Source of the DNA: Gemmatimonadota bacterium
GTDB lineage: Bacteria > Gemmatimonadota > Gemmatimonadetes > Longimicrobiales > Gaopeijiaceae
Direction of reading: 5' to 3'
DNA length: 64,000 nt
Assembly (NCBI GenBank): GCA_028873825.1
Contig: JAPPNM010000177.1
Span: 4,212 to 68,211 of the forward strand
Shown in pieces: positions 24,759-33,770 of this stretch; within the stretch, counting starts at the first letter, position 1; each line of letters begins with the position of its first letter. A program made the position numbers and the translations under genes. The notes beneath the pieces are model-generated. The model did not search any database, was not told the DNA's origin, and saw only the letters and a program-made list of their open reading frames with translations.

Positions 24759-26440
24759 CCCCTCTCCTCTCCCCCGCCGAGCTCCAGACCGTCCTGTCCC
24801 GCGGCGAAGGCCAGTTCGTCGAGTTCAAGTCCGCGTGGGACCGCACTACTTCACCGCGCAAGCCCGTCGCGCGCCGCGCCCTGCGCGACAAGATCGCCGA
24901 TGCCGTCGCCGCCTTCGCGAACGCCGACGGTGGCCTGCTCTTGGTCGGAGTGGACGACGACGGCACCGCCACCGGGCACCGCTACCCAGACCATGTCGTG
25001 GACGACCTGTTCGCCGTCCCCGACCGCCGACTGACCCCCGCCGTCGACTGCCGCACGGCGCGCTTGTCGCTCGATTGCCACGAGATCCTCGCCTTCCAGG
25101 TCCCGATTGCCTCCGAAGCCGTCATGATCGACGGGAACAGCTTCCCGTATCGGGTCGGCGCCCGGATCATCCGGGAGCCGCAGGAGATCATCAACCAGCG
25201 GAAGCAGGCGTATCGCCTCGTCGGCTACGAGCAACGCTTCAGCCCGGAAGCGACTGTGGACGATCTGGACCTGGCGCTGGCCGAGTCCTTCCTGAAGGAG
25301 ACGCCGGTTGGGGACCGTCCCGTCCTCGATGCCCTCGACTACTACGGCCTCATCGAGATGGACGTACGCGACTGGAGGGTGACCAACGCCGCTCTCCTGC
25401 TCTTTGCGCGCCGCCCGGCGCTCCGCTGGCATCCCCGCGCGGGCCTCCGGGTGTTCCGCGTCGCAGGAACGGAGATCAGGTACGGGCGCCGGCGGAACGT
25501 GACGCAGATCGGGCGGGCGGATCCTCCGCTGGCCCTGGCCGTCCACGAGATAGTGGAGCTGGCGCGGCACCAGGTGCGCAGGTCCGAGAAACTGGTCGGT
25601 CTCCACTTCGAGGACATCACCGAGTACCCCCACTTCGCGTGGCAGGAATCGTTGGTCAACGCCATTGCCCACCGCGACTACGAAGTGCAGGGCCGCGAAA
25701 CCGAAATCTGGTTCTTCGAGGACCGGCTCGAAGTGTCGAGTCCGGGAGAGCTCCTTCCGCCCGTCACCGTGGACACGCTGCGAGAGGGCCACAGGGCTCA
25801 TGTGACCCGCAATCCGATGCTGGTCCGGGTTCTCGCCGACACGGAGATCATGCGGGACGAGGGGGAGGGGATCGTGCGGGTCTTCCGCGAAATGGCGAAC
25901 AGCTTTCTCCGCGAACCGGAGATGACCTCCGCGAACGGCCTGTTCACGATCACGCTTCGCAACGAGCCCGACTGGGAGGCACACGGACCGGGTTGGAGGC
26001 ACTTCGTCGACTGGCTTCGCGTCACGGACGATCAGAAGAGGATGCTACTCCTGCGGCCGTACGGGTTCACACAGGCCGACTATGAGCGGCTGAACACGAT
26101 GTCGCCCGAGGAAGCGGCTCGGCGGATCGCGGATCTGGTAAGCGGAGAACTCGTGATCGGCCTTCCCGCTCCAGACAATGTCGGGCCGATGTTCGTGGTG
26201 CGGCCGGACAAGGAAAAGATGGGCCTCTTCCTGAACGACCGGATCCTTAGGCTCCGGGAGCATTTCCGGAAGCAGCCCTGGCTCAAGAATGCCGACTATC
26301 GCGAGGTCTTCGACGTTGACCGGCGAAAGGCGACCAGGGAGCTCCGCCAGCTCGCGGAGGTCTTCGGTCTGCTGCGGATGGAAGGGACCCGCCGGGGTGC
26401 CCACTACCGCCCAACGTCCGCGCTCGGAGCGAGCTTATGA
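24755..26440 (+). CDS. COG2865/Schlafen-like protein (AlbA_2 + HATPase_c_4 + C-terminal extension)
   Basis: MTPLLSPAELQTVLSRGEGQFVEFKSAWD..., AFANADGGLLLVGVDDDG, and WQESLVNAIAHRDY. The start is chosen at the ATG at 24755 within ORF 24671..26440. Confidence 0.75.
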   Translation: MTPLLSPAELQTVLSRGEGQFVEFKSAWDRTTSPRKPVARRALRDKIADAVAAFANADGGLLLVGVDDDGTATGHRYPDHVVDDLFAVPDRRLTPAVDCRTARLSLDCHEILAFQVPIASEAVMIDGNSFPYRVGARIIREPQEIINQRKQAYRLVGYEQRFSPEATVDDLDLALAESFLKETPVGDRPVLDALDYYGLIEMDVRDWRVTNAALLLFARRPALRWHPRAGLRVFRVAGTEIRYGRRRNVTQIGRADPPLALAVHEIVELARHQVRRSEKLVGLHFEDITEYPHFAWQESLVNAIAHRDYEVQGRETEIWFFEDRLEVSSPGELLPPVTVDTLREGHRAHVTRNPMLVRVLADTEIMRDEGEGIVRVFREMANSFLREPEMTSANGLFTITLRNEPDWEAHGPGWRHFVDWLRVTDDQKRMLLLRPYGFTQADYERLNTMSPEEAARRIADLVSGELVIGLPAPDNVGPMFVVRPDKEKMGLFLNDRILRLREHFRKQPWLKNADYREVFDVDRRKATRELRQLAEVFGLLRMEGTRRGAHYRPTSALGASL

Positions 26441-26701
26441 GCGTGCAGAGACCAGTTATGACCGTTGGTCACGTAAATCGTAAAATGTTGCAGTACAGTC
26501 TTTTACGAAAGATATGAACTTCAGCATCGTGAATATGACCACTAGCGTGGCCGCGTTTTCGGTTGCCATCCGGTGGAATCAGCGTCGCGCGGCTCCACCG
26601 GCTATGATCACCACTCACCGAGCTATGACCACCCGCGACGATCATCACAACCTGTTGTCGACAAATCTCTTACGAGACATATGCCCCCGAGGTCCGCACT
26701 T
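26441..26701 (+). promoter_or_regulatory. AT-rich repeat-bearing region upstream of pglZ (probable internal promoter/operator region)
   Basis: A 60-nt sample is about 37% GC. About eight TATGA(C/T/A) motifs. Palindrome TGACC-GTT-GGTCA at 26459-26471. T(T/C)TTACGA(A/G)A(G/C)ATATG occurs twice. Confidence 0.5.
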
Positions 26702-29047
26702 ATGACGGAACACGGCACCCAGGGCTCCCCCCCCACCCCCCTCGACCACCTTGCCCGCTCCCTCCGCGCCCGCGCCTCGGTCCCGAGCGGCCAGGCCGCC
26801 CCCGCCTCCATTCTGTGGACCGACCCCGGAGCCGAATGGCGCGGACTCCTCCCGGAAGCGCTTGCTCGCATCCCCGAGCTGCTCGTCCTTGGCGACTACG
26901 CTCCAGACGACCGCACCGGTCCCGCGATCTGGCTGCGCTGCGTGGTGGACGGCACGATCGAAGTCCCCGGACTCCCCGCCGACGCCACCCCCATCCTATA
27001 CCTCCCCGGAGTCGAACGCGGCGAGCTGCGCGCCGGCGAGGAGTGCCCCGACCGGCTCAAGCCGCTCGTCGAGCTCATGTACCGCGGCGTCCTCTGGCAC
27101 AATCCCAAGGGCCTCGACTGGACGGTGACAGCGTTCCTGACCTCATCCGGCGGCCCGGATCTCGACATCGCCCCCGACCGGGGAACGGCAGCGGCGCTGC
27201 ACGGCGCCCTCGACCACATCGCCACCACCCCGGTCAGCCACCTGCGCGGCCACCGCCTCGATGCCGCCGACTTCAACCGCATGGCCGGAGTCGATGTGTT
27301 CCGCGATATCCTGCGCTGGATGGGCGACCCCGAGCGCATGCGATCCGGGCCGGACGAGAGCCGCTGGAACGCCTTCCGCGCGGAGTGCCGGAGCGATCTC
27401 CGGTTCGACCCCGAGACGGAGCCGGACGTGTCGGCCGGAGCCAGGCTCGGCGAGGGATCGGGCCCCTGGGCCAAGGTGTGGGCCCGGTTCACCGAAGCGC
27501 CGGATGCCTTCCCCGGCGTGCCCGAAGTGCTGGCTCGCAGCCGTCCCGCGGGCGAGCTGGCACTGGATCGGGAACCGTGGCCCGACCTCAACGCCGAGGA
27601 CGAGGAGGCGGTGCGGAGCGCGCTGGCCGGTCTTCCGGGCCTGTCCCATACCGATGCGTGCCGGGCGGTCGCGCGGCTGGAGGGAGATCACGGCCATCGC
27701 CGGCGCTGGGTCTGGGCACGCCTGGGACGGTCTCCGCTCGCCGAAGTGCTGAAGCCGCTGGCCCGGCTGGCCGGGATTGCCGACAAGGCCATCGGTGGTG
27801 CAAGCCCGGACGATGTGGCCGAAGTCTATGCCGAGCGCGGTTGGCTGGCGGACGCGGGCGCCCGAGAGGCTCTATCCCTGGCTCCCGCCGAGCACGAAGA
27901 GACGGTTGCCGCCGCAGTGCGCCACCTGCTCGAGCCTTGGCTGGAAGACTCCGCCCGCGCGTTCCAGTCGGCGGTGGATCGCCGGCCGCTCCCCTCCGCC
28001 GGTGACCAGCCGGCGGTCACGGCCGGCGAAGACGAATGCATCCTGTTCGTCGACGGCCTCCGCTACGAGCTCGGACGGTCGCTCGCCGAACGGCTGGAGG
28101 CACGCGGATGTCGCACGGAGACGCGCCGCCGTTGGGCCGCGATCCCTACGGTGACCGGCACCGCCAAGCCCGCCGTAACCCCGGTAGCGCGCGATGTCGC
28201 CGGGGACCGGCTCGGCTCCGACTTCCGTCCCGCCATGCGGGGCTCCGGCCGACCCGCCCTGGCCAAGGACCTGCGCAAGGCCACGGAAGGGCGGGGCTAC
28301 CAGATTCTCGGTTCGGGCACCCTGGATATCCCGCTGAACTCCGGTGCCCGCGGCTGGTTGGAGACCGGTGAGATCGACAAGCACGGTCACCACCACCGCG
28401 CGGCGTCGTTCGCCCGCCAGATCGAAGAGGAGCTGGACCGGCTGGCCGGCCGGATCGCGGGGCTGCTGAAGGCGGGCTGGAGTTCGGTCCGCGTCGTCAC
28501 CGACCACGGGTGGCTGCTGCTCCCCGGCGGCCTCCCGATGGTCACCCTGCCCAAACACCTCACCGAGTCCAAGTGGGCACGGTGCGCCGTCGTTTCGGCC
28601 GGCTCCACGCCGGACGCGCCTCTTCATCCCTGGCACTGGAACCCGCAGGAGTGGTTCGCCTCTCCACCCGGAATCGCCTGCTTCAGCCAGACGCCGGAGT
28701 ATGCGCACGGCGGCCTCAGCATCCAGGAATGCCTGATCCCGGACATTCGTGTCGAAGGGACGGCTGACGGGGGCGCGACCGCGAAGATCCTATCCGTCTC
28801 CTGGGTCCGCTTCCGCTGCAAGGTCGTCGTCGAGGCCCGGGGCGGCCCCGTCACGGCCGATCTGCGGCTCGGCGGTCCGACGGGCGAATCGGTCGCGTCC
28901 TCGCCCAAAGCCATCGACGACAACGGACGGGCCAGCCTGGTCCTTGCCGGCGACGAATACGAGAACGCCGCGCTGGTCCTCGTGGTTACCGATGCCGGCG
29001 GCCGCGTCCTCGCCCAACAACCGACCCGCAAGGGAGAGAACATATGA
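26702..29047 (+). CDS. pglZ: BREX alkaline-phosphatase-superfamily protein PglZ
   Basis: About 780 aa from the ATG at 26702. The upstream part of ORF 26573 lies in the AT-rich region and is not protein-like. Position between pglX and brxL. C-terminal half contains ILFVDGLRYELG...VTDHGW. Confidence 0.85.
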   Translation: MTEHGTQGSPPTPLDHLARSLRARASVPSGQAAPASILWTDPGAEWRGLLPEALARIPELLVLGDYAPDDRTGPAIWLRCVVDGTIEVPGLPADATPILYLPGVERGELRAGEECPDRLKPLVELMYRGVLWHNPKGLDWTVTAFLTSSGGPDLDIAPDRGTAAALHGALDHIATTPVSHLRGHRLDAADFNRMAGVDVFRDILRWMGDPERMRSGPDESRWNAFRAECRSDLRFDPETEPDVSAGARLGEGSGPWAKVWARFTEAPDAFPGVPEVLARSRPAGELALDREPWPDLNAEDEEAVRSALAGLPGLSHTDACRAVARLEGDHGHRRRWVWARLGRSPLAEVLKPLARLAGIADKAIGGASPDDVAEVYAERGWLADAGAREALSLAPAEHEETVAAAVRHLLEPWLEDSARAFQSAVDRRPLPSAGDQPAVTAGEDECILFVDGLRYELGRSLAERLEARGCRTETRRRWAAIPTVTGTAKPAVTPVARDVAGDRLGSDFRPAMRGSGRPALAKDLRKATEGRGYQILGSGTLDIPLNSGARGWLETGEIDKHGHHHRAASFARQIEEELDRLAGRIAGLLKAGWSSVRVVTDHGWLLLPGGLPMVTLPKHLTESKWARCAVVSAGSTPDAPLHPWHWNPQEWFASPPGIACFSQTPEYAHGGLSIQECLIPDIRVEGTADGGATAKILSVSWVRFRCKVVVEARGGPVTADLRLGGPTGESVASSPKAIDDNGRASLVLAGDEYENAALVLVVTDAGGRVLAQQPTRKGENI

Positions 29048-31107
29048 GTGCGCCCGAATTCCAGATGGACGCGCTGGACCACACCGCCAACGAGGCCTTC
29101 CCCGGCTACCTGGTGCGGAAGGACCTCGTGCGGCGCTACGCCCGCCAGTACCCTGTCCCCACCTACGTCGTCGAGTTCCTCCTCGGCCGCTACTGCGCCA
29201 GCGTCGACCAAGAGGAGATCGACGAGGGCCTCGCGATCGTGAAGAACCAGCTCGAAGGGCGCACAGTCCGCGCCGCCGAGCGGGAGATCTTCAAGATGAG
29301 GGCGCGCGAGGAGGGATCCGTCCGCCTCATCGACATCCTGCGCGCCCGCCTGGACGCGAAGAACGACTGCTACCTCGCCGAACTACCCAGCCTCGGCCTC
29401 CGGGACATCCGCATCGAGAGCGGGTTCGTCACCGACCACCAGCGGATGCTCGCCGACGGGCTCTACGCCGAGGTGACGCTGGAATACGACCCGGTGATCG
29501 CCCAGGAAAAACAGGGACGCCCGTTCAGCATCGCGGCCATGCGCCCCATCCAGATGTCGAGCCCGTCGGTCCTCAAGGTGCTGGCCAAGGGACGGCGCCG
29601 CTTCAACACCGACGATTGGACCGACTTCCTCCTCCGTTCGACCGGCCTGGAGCCGTCCGCGCTGGACGATCGGGCCAAGCGTGTCGCGCTCCTCCGCCTG
29701 ATCCCCTTCGTCGAGCGCAACTACAACCTCGTCGAACTCGGTCCCCGCGGCACGGGCAAGAGTCACGTCTACCAGCAGCTCTCTCCGCACTCCCACCTGC
29801 TCTCGGGCGGCAAGGCCACCGTGGCGAAGATGTTCGTCAACATGGCCAACGGACAGCGAGGCCTAGTGTGCCAGTACGACGTGGTGTGCTTCGACGAGGT
29901 CGCCGGCATCTCCTTCGACCAGAAGGACGGCGTCAACATCATGAAGGGGTACATGGCGTCGGGCGAGTTCAGCCGGGGCAAGGAGAGCATCCGCGCGGAG
30001 GGGTCGCTGGTGCTGGTCGGCAACTTCGACGTTTCGGTGGAGCAGCAGCAGCGCATCGGCCACCTGTTGAGCCCGTTGCCGAAGCAGATGCGGGACGACA
30101 CGGCCTTCCACGACCGGATCCACGGCTACGCCCCCGGCTGGGACTTTCCCAAGCTCAATCCCGGCGAGCACCTCACCGATCATTTCGGCCTGGTCAACGA
30201 CTTCCTGAGTGCATGCTGGACCAAGCTGCGGGACACGACGCGCCTGCCGCTCCTGCAGAATCGGGTGTTCTGGGGCGGCGCGCTGTCCGGACGGGACATC
30301 GAGGCGGTCCACAAGACGGTCTCCGGGCTGATCAAGCTGCTGTTCCCGGATGGTGAGATGGAGGTGGACGACGAGGATCTGGAGTGGATGGTGCGGCTGG
30401 CCCTGGAGTCGCGCCGGCGCGTGAAGGAACAGCAGAAGCGGTGTCTGAAGGCCGAGTTCCGGAGCACCCACTTCTCGTACACGCTCGGTGTGGACGGGAC
30501 GGAGCAGTTCGTGGCGACGCCAGAGCTTCGCAGCGACGAGGCGATCGACAGCGACCCGTTGCCTCCCGGGCAGGTGTGGGCGATCGGGCCGGGGGTGGAG
30601 GGTACCGGGCCGGGGCTCTACCGGATCGAGGTGGTCGTGGGGCCGGGGGCGGGGGGCGCGAAGATCCTGAACCAGCCGGTGCCGCCTGCGTTTAGGGAGA
30701 GTGTCCGGGTGGGGGAGCAGAATCTGTACACGGGGGGGAAGGCGCTGGTGGGGGACCGCGACGCGCGGGCGCACCAGTACACCGTTCAGATGCAGCCTCG
30801 GGACAACGACAAATCGGGGACCGGGCTGGGACTGCCGGTGCTCGCGGCGATGGTGGGGGGATTGCTGGACCGGAAGACGCGTGGGGCGACCATCATCGTG
30901 GGGCCGCTGAACCTGGGGGGATCGCTGGAACGGATCGCGGACCCGGTGGCGATGGCGGAGCTGGCGGTGGACAAACAGGCTACCGTGCTGCTGATGCCGG
31001 TGGGGGCGCGCCGGGAGCTGATGAATCTCGACGACGATGTGTGGACGAAGGTGAATATCGAATTCTACCGGGACGCGCAGAACGGGCTGTTCAAGGTGTT
31101 GGAGTGA
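29044..31107 (+). CDS. brxL: BREX Lon-like protease BrxL
   Basis: 687 aa. ATGA overlap with pglZ. AAA+ Walker A LGPRGTGKSHVYQ. Lon-protease-like C-terminal region ...GLGLPVLAAMVGGLL... Confidence 0.85.
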   Translation: MSAPEFQMDALDHTANEAFPGYLVRKDLVRRYARQYPVPTYVVEFLLGRYCASVDQEEIDEGLAIVKNQLEGRTVRAAEREIFKMRAREEGSVRLIDILRARLDAKNDCYLAELPSLGLRDIRIESGFVTDHQRMLADGLYAEVTLEYDPVIAQEKQGRPFSIAAMRPIQMSSPSVLKVLAKGRRRFNTDDWTDFLLRSTGLEPSALDDRAKRVALLRLIPFVERNYNLVELGPRGTGKSHVYQQLSPHSHLLSGGKATVAKMFVNMANGQRGLVCQYDVVCFDEVAGISFDQKDGVNIMKGYMASGEFSRGKESIRAEGSLVLVGNFDVSVEQQQRIGHLLSPLPKQMRDDTAFHDRIHGYAPGWDFPKLNPGEHLTDHFGLVNDFLSACWTKLRDTTRLPLLQNRVFWGGALSGRDIEAVHKTVSGLIKLLFPDGEMEVDDEDLEWMVRLALESRRRVKEQQKRCLKAEFRSTHFSYTLGVDGTEQFVATPELRSDEAIDSDPLPPGQVWAIGPGVEGTGPGLYRIEVVVGPGAGGAKILNQPVPPAFRESVRVGEQNLYTGGKALVGDRDARAHQYTVQMQPRDNDKSGTGLGLPVLAAMVGGLLDRKTRGATIIVGPLNLGGSLERIADPVAMAELAVDKQATVLLMPVGARRELMNLDDDVWTKVNIEFYRDAQNGLFKVLE

Positions 31108-31146
31108 GGTGAGGCGGTGATTGGGTTGACATCCTTCGCAATCGGG

Positions 31147-31797
31147 TTATCGCGGACCGGCAGTCGGAAACCATCCTCGCAGTGTGTTCAGGAGCTTCCT
31201 GAAAGCAGGATCCTCACAACCCTCGACGGAGACGCTCGCGGCGATCTCACCGAAGATTCGGGCGGAACGCCGACGGCGAGTGGCGCGTGAAGCACCCTGA
31301 AGGGCCTGGATCATTGCACGTTTCGGGTCGCTCGGTTTCTGGAGTCCATCGTCCCAAAGCCCTCGTTGAGCCAACCAGGACCGAAGCTCACCGTGCCTTC
31401 CGCCCCAGCCGAGAGCAGCGGAGACCGCCGGCGAGCTAGACCACACCCATTGTTCCAGTTCCGGGTCGATGACCACGGCACGCGCCCGATGCTCCCATCC
31501 GTTTCGGGACAAATCGCCTTCCATGGCAGCCTCGATCTCTTCACGGGATGCATCGCTACCGCAGCCGTGCCGGTCGAACACCACCAAGCCGTATCGATGT
31601 GTGCGCAGGAACTGTCCGAGGAAATTGGTGGCGTCTCCCCTGCAACCGGCATCACGACCTGGGTGCCGGGTGATGTCGCACCGCAGCTCTCCGACGCCGA
31701 GAGCAGCGGTGCGCCGAAACAACTTGGCCAGGGCCTCTTCGATGTCCCTGTCCGCAACGAGTGCGACAAGCTTGTCGGATCCAGCTTCGTGCCTCAC
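31147..31797 (-). CDS. DUF4276-like (Toprim-like) protein, partner of the upstream ATPase
   Basis: The GTG at 31797 overlaps the ATPase TGA (GTGA). Contains KLVALVADRDIEEAL, LVVFDRHGCGSD, VVIDPELEQWVW and KPSDPKRAMIQAL, which resemble recalled DUF4276 blocks. The ORF track start at 31917 is judged too long. Confidence 0.5.
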   Translation of the reverse strand: MRHEAGSDKLVALVADRDIEEALAKLFRRTAALGVGELRCDITRHPGRDAGCRGDATNFLGQFLRTHRYGLVVFDRHGCGSDASREEIEAAMEGDLSRNGWEHRARAVVIDPELEQWVWSSSPAVSAALGWGGRHGELRSWLAQRGLWDDGLQKPSDPKRAMIQALQGASRATRRRRSARIFGEIAASVSVEGCEDPAFRKLLNTLRGWFPTAGPR

Positions 31798-33062
31798 CCA
31801 ACCACGCCCTTGGCAAAGAGCACATCCATATTGATCGATCCCTGCCAATCCGCCAGCACCGGATGCTCGTTTCCCCGAATTATGTCCGTCGCGCCCTCCC
31901 GGTTCTTCTCGAAGCACAGTACATCGCGTGGATCCACCGACGCGAGCAGCGTCGGCGAATGCGTGGCCACTAGGACCTGGGCATCATACGCCGACGACAG
32001 CGAATCGCGGATTCCATCCACCGCCAGCGGGTGGACCCCGTTCTCCGGCTCTTCGAGCAGATAGATTTCACGGTTGTCCGGCAGATAGGCGAGTAGTGTC
32101 AACGCCAGGAGCCTCATGGTTCCGTCCGACGCCATCCAGGACGGCACGTCCACACCGGTATAGTAGCGCAGTCGCAAGTACGCGTGCCGGTCCTCCGGCC
32201 GGTCGATTACGCGAATACCCCGAAGATCCGCGAGTACGGTCCGAACATGGCCAAGCCATTCCTCGAAGTCGGCTGGGTGCTCATCCTGAAGCCGCTTGAT
32301 GATCCACGGCAGGTTGGAACCGTCGGTTGCGAAACCGTTCCTGCCGTATTCAGGGGGACTCGCTCGGCGCATCTTGACGCTGTCAAGGAAGACCGGCTTC
32401 ACACCGTTCTCCAGCTTTCGCTTCACGAGAGTGGCCATCGGGAACTTCTCGGGAGATTCCGGCAGGTTCCCCAACGTGGACCGGTTGGGGCCGAACGCGA
32501 TGGTCGTCACCCATCCCTTCCCCGCTCTACTCTCGGTCTCGACGCTGAACGCGTCTGTTCCCCGAGCCGATTTGCTGAGTATGGTCCTCTTTCCACGCCG
32601 CCCACCGCCCACGAGTATTGTGGACGGAGGTGCTGGGGGAGCGGGGAACAAGGTCCTTTGCACGCTTTGCTGGCGCCTCCGCGCGGGCATCAGCAGCCCC
32701 CGCTCCGACGCGATACGCATTCCCCGTTCGTCTTCGCTGATCCCCACCTCATACCGAAAGACTCGAAAGTTCTTCTCGGCAGGCAGCCGCTTCCGCAACT
32801 CCTCCGGCACCTCCAATTCGATGGCCAGCTCGAACCCCATGTCGCGCTCAGGCCGCCCCCAGACCAGATCCTGGAAATTCGCGGTTCGGCTTCCGACCGC
32901 CCTCTCCAGCCCGTCCCGAACCAGATCACCCAGAAAGGCGATGGCGTCAAAGAGCGTACTCTTGCCGCTCGCGTTGGGGCCGATCAACACGTGGAATCTG
33001 TCGAGCGAGACATCTACGTACCGCAGACAACGGTAGTTGAGTGCCTGGATTCGACGGATCAT
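31794..33062 (-). CDS. AAA_15/AAA_21-type ATPase
   Basis: The start is set at the ATG at 33062 (MIRRIQALNYRCL...), preceded by GAGAGGA. Walker A IGPNASGKSTLFDAI, Walker B IYLLEEPENGVHP, and VLVATHSPTLL. Confidence 0.75.
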   Translation of the reverse strand: MIRRIQALNYRCLRYVDVSLDRFHVLIGPNASGKSTLFDAIAFLGDLVRDGLERAVGSRTANFQDLVWGRPERDMGFELAIELEVPEELRKRLPAEKNFRVFRYEVGISEDERGMRIASERGLLMPARRRQQSVQRTLFPAPPAPPSTILVGGGRRGKRTILSKSARGTDAFSVETESRAGKGWVTTIAFGPNRSTLGNLPESPEKFPMATLVKRKLENGVKPVFLDSVKMRRASPPEYGRNGFATDGSNLPWIIKRLQDEHPADFEEWLGHVRTVLADLRGIRVIDRPEDRHAYLRLRYYTGVDVPSWMASDGTMRLLALTLLAYLPDNREIYLLEEPENGVHPLAVDGIRDSLSSAYDAQVLVATHSPTLLASVDPRDVLCFEKNREGATDIIRGNEHPVLADWQGSINMDVLFAKGVVG

Positions 33063-33129
33063 GAGGATCCTCTCGCCTTGGGAAGCGGTTGCGATACGGT
33101 GACTCAAGGATTCCCCGTCCCTCTCCTAC

Positions 33130-33385
33130 TGTCAACCGCGACCGCCGACCGCACCTGGTGCTCTCGATGGCGCACGACGCGCGGGTCATCCTGATCAAGC
33201 TGGCCGACCGACTGCACAAAGCGCCGCTCGAGAACCCACCGGCCAGGAAGGAGGCCGGGACTGATCGCGCGCGAAACCCGGGAGATCCACGCCCCGCTGG
33301 CGCAGCGCTTGGTGGGGATTGCCGCGATCAAGTGGGAGCTGGAGGACCTCGCCTGCAAGTTCCTGCGGCCCCCCGATTCGACGCG
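33130..33385 (+). pseudogene. fragment of a relA/spoT (RSH) gene, HD-domain segment, with indels
   Basis: DNA is colinear with 43670-43915 of the intact relA. By hand count one block has 52/57 identical bases and another 43/45. The middle is diverged and out of frame. Translation fragments: AHDARVILIKLADRLH and AAIKWELEDLACKFL. Confidence 0.8.
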
Positions 33386-33470
33386 CGCCCAGCTCTCAAA
33401 CATCGAGACGGCAGCGATGAGCGACCAGACAACGCTTGACAGGCAATACCAACATGGTCACTATAGCCAG

Positions 33471-33770
33471 ATGAAAAAGGCTAGCGTCAGCGAGGCGAAG
33501 AACGGTCTCAGCGGTCTGCTGAGCGAGGTTCGGCGCGGCGAGTCGGTGCTGATCACCCACCGCGGGCGGCCCGTTGCGCGAATCGAACCGTGCCAGGTCG
33601 CCGGCCCGGACGCAGAGGACGCCATTTCCGAGCTCCTGCAGCGGGGTGTCGCATCCCCGCCTCGAGCGCCACTTGATGTCGAGCGCTTCCTGGGTGTCCC
33701 CGCCGCTCGGCTGACCGGGGGAGTCAGCGCAAGCGAGATCGTCGTGACCGAGCGCGGGGGGCGTCGTTGA
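33471..33770 (+). CDS. Phd/YefM-family antitoxin
   Basis: MKKASVSEAKNGLSGLLSEVRRGESVLITHRGRPVARIEP... TTGACA at 33436 with a -10-like CACTATAGC just upstream. Overlaps the vapC start. Confidence 0.75.
   Translation: MKKASVSEAKNGLSGLLSEVRRGESVLITHRGRPVARIEPCQVAGPDAEDAISELLQRGVASPPRAPLDVERFLGVPAARLTGGVSASEIVVTERGGRR

Noticed and set aside
26573-26701. N-terminal extension of PglZ as given by the ORF track (MESASRGSTGYDHHSPSYDH...).
   Set aside because: The extension lies in the AT-rich repeat region and is not protein-like. The ATG at 26702 gives a plausible N-terminus (MTEHGTQGSPPTPLDHL...).
33309-33470. Antitoxin ORF starting at 33309, which would fuse the relA-fragment translation (..AAIKWELEDLACKFL..) to the Phd-like protein.
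   Set aside because: The Phd/YefM fold begins at the Met at 33471. A promoter-like TTGACA lies at 33436, inside the putative extension. The upstream part is the relA pseudogene remnant.
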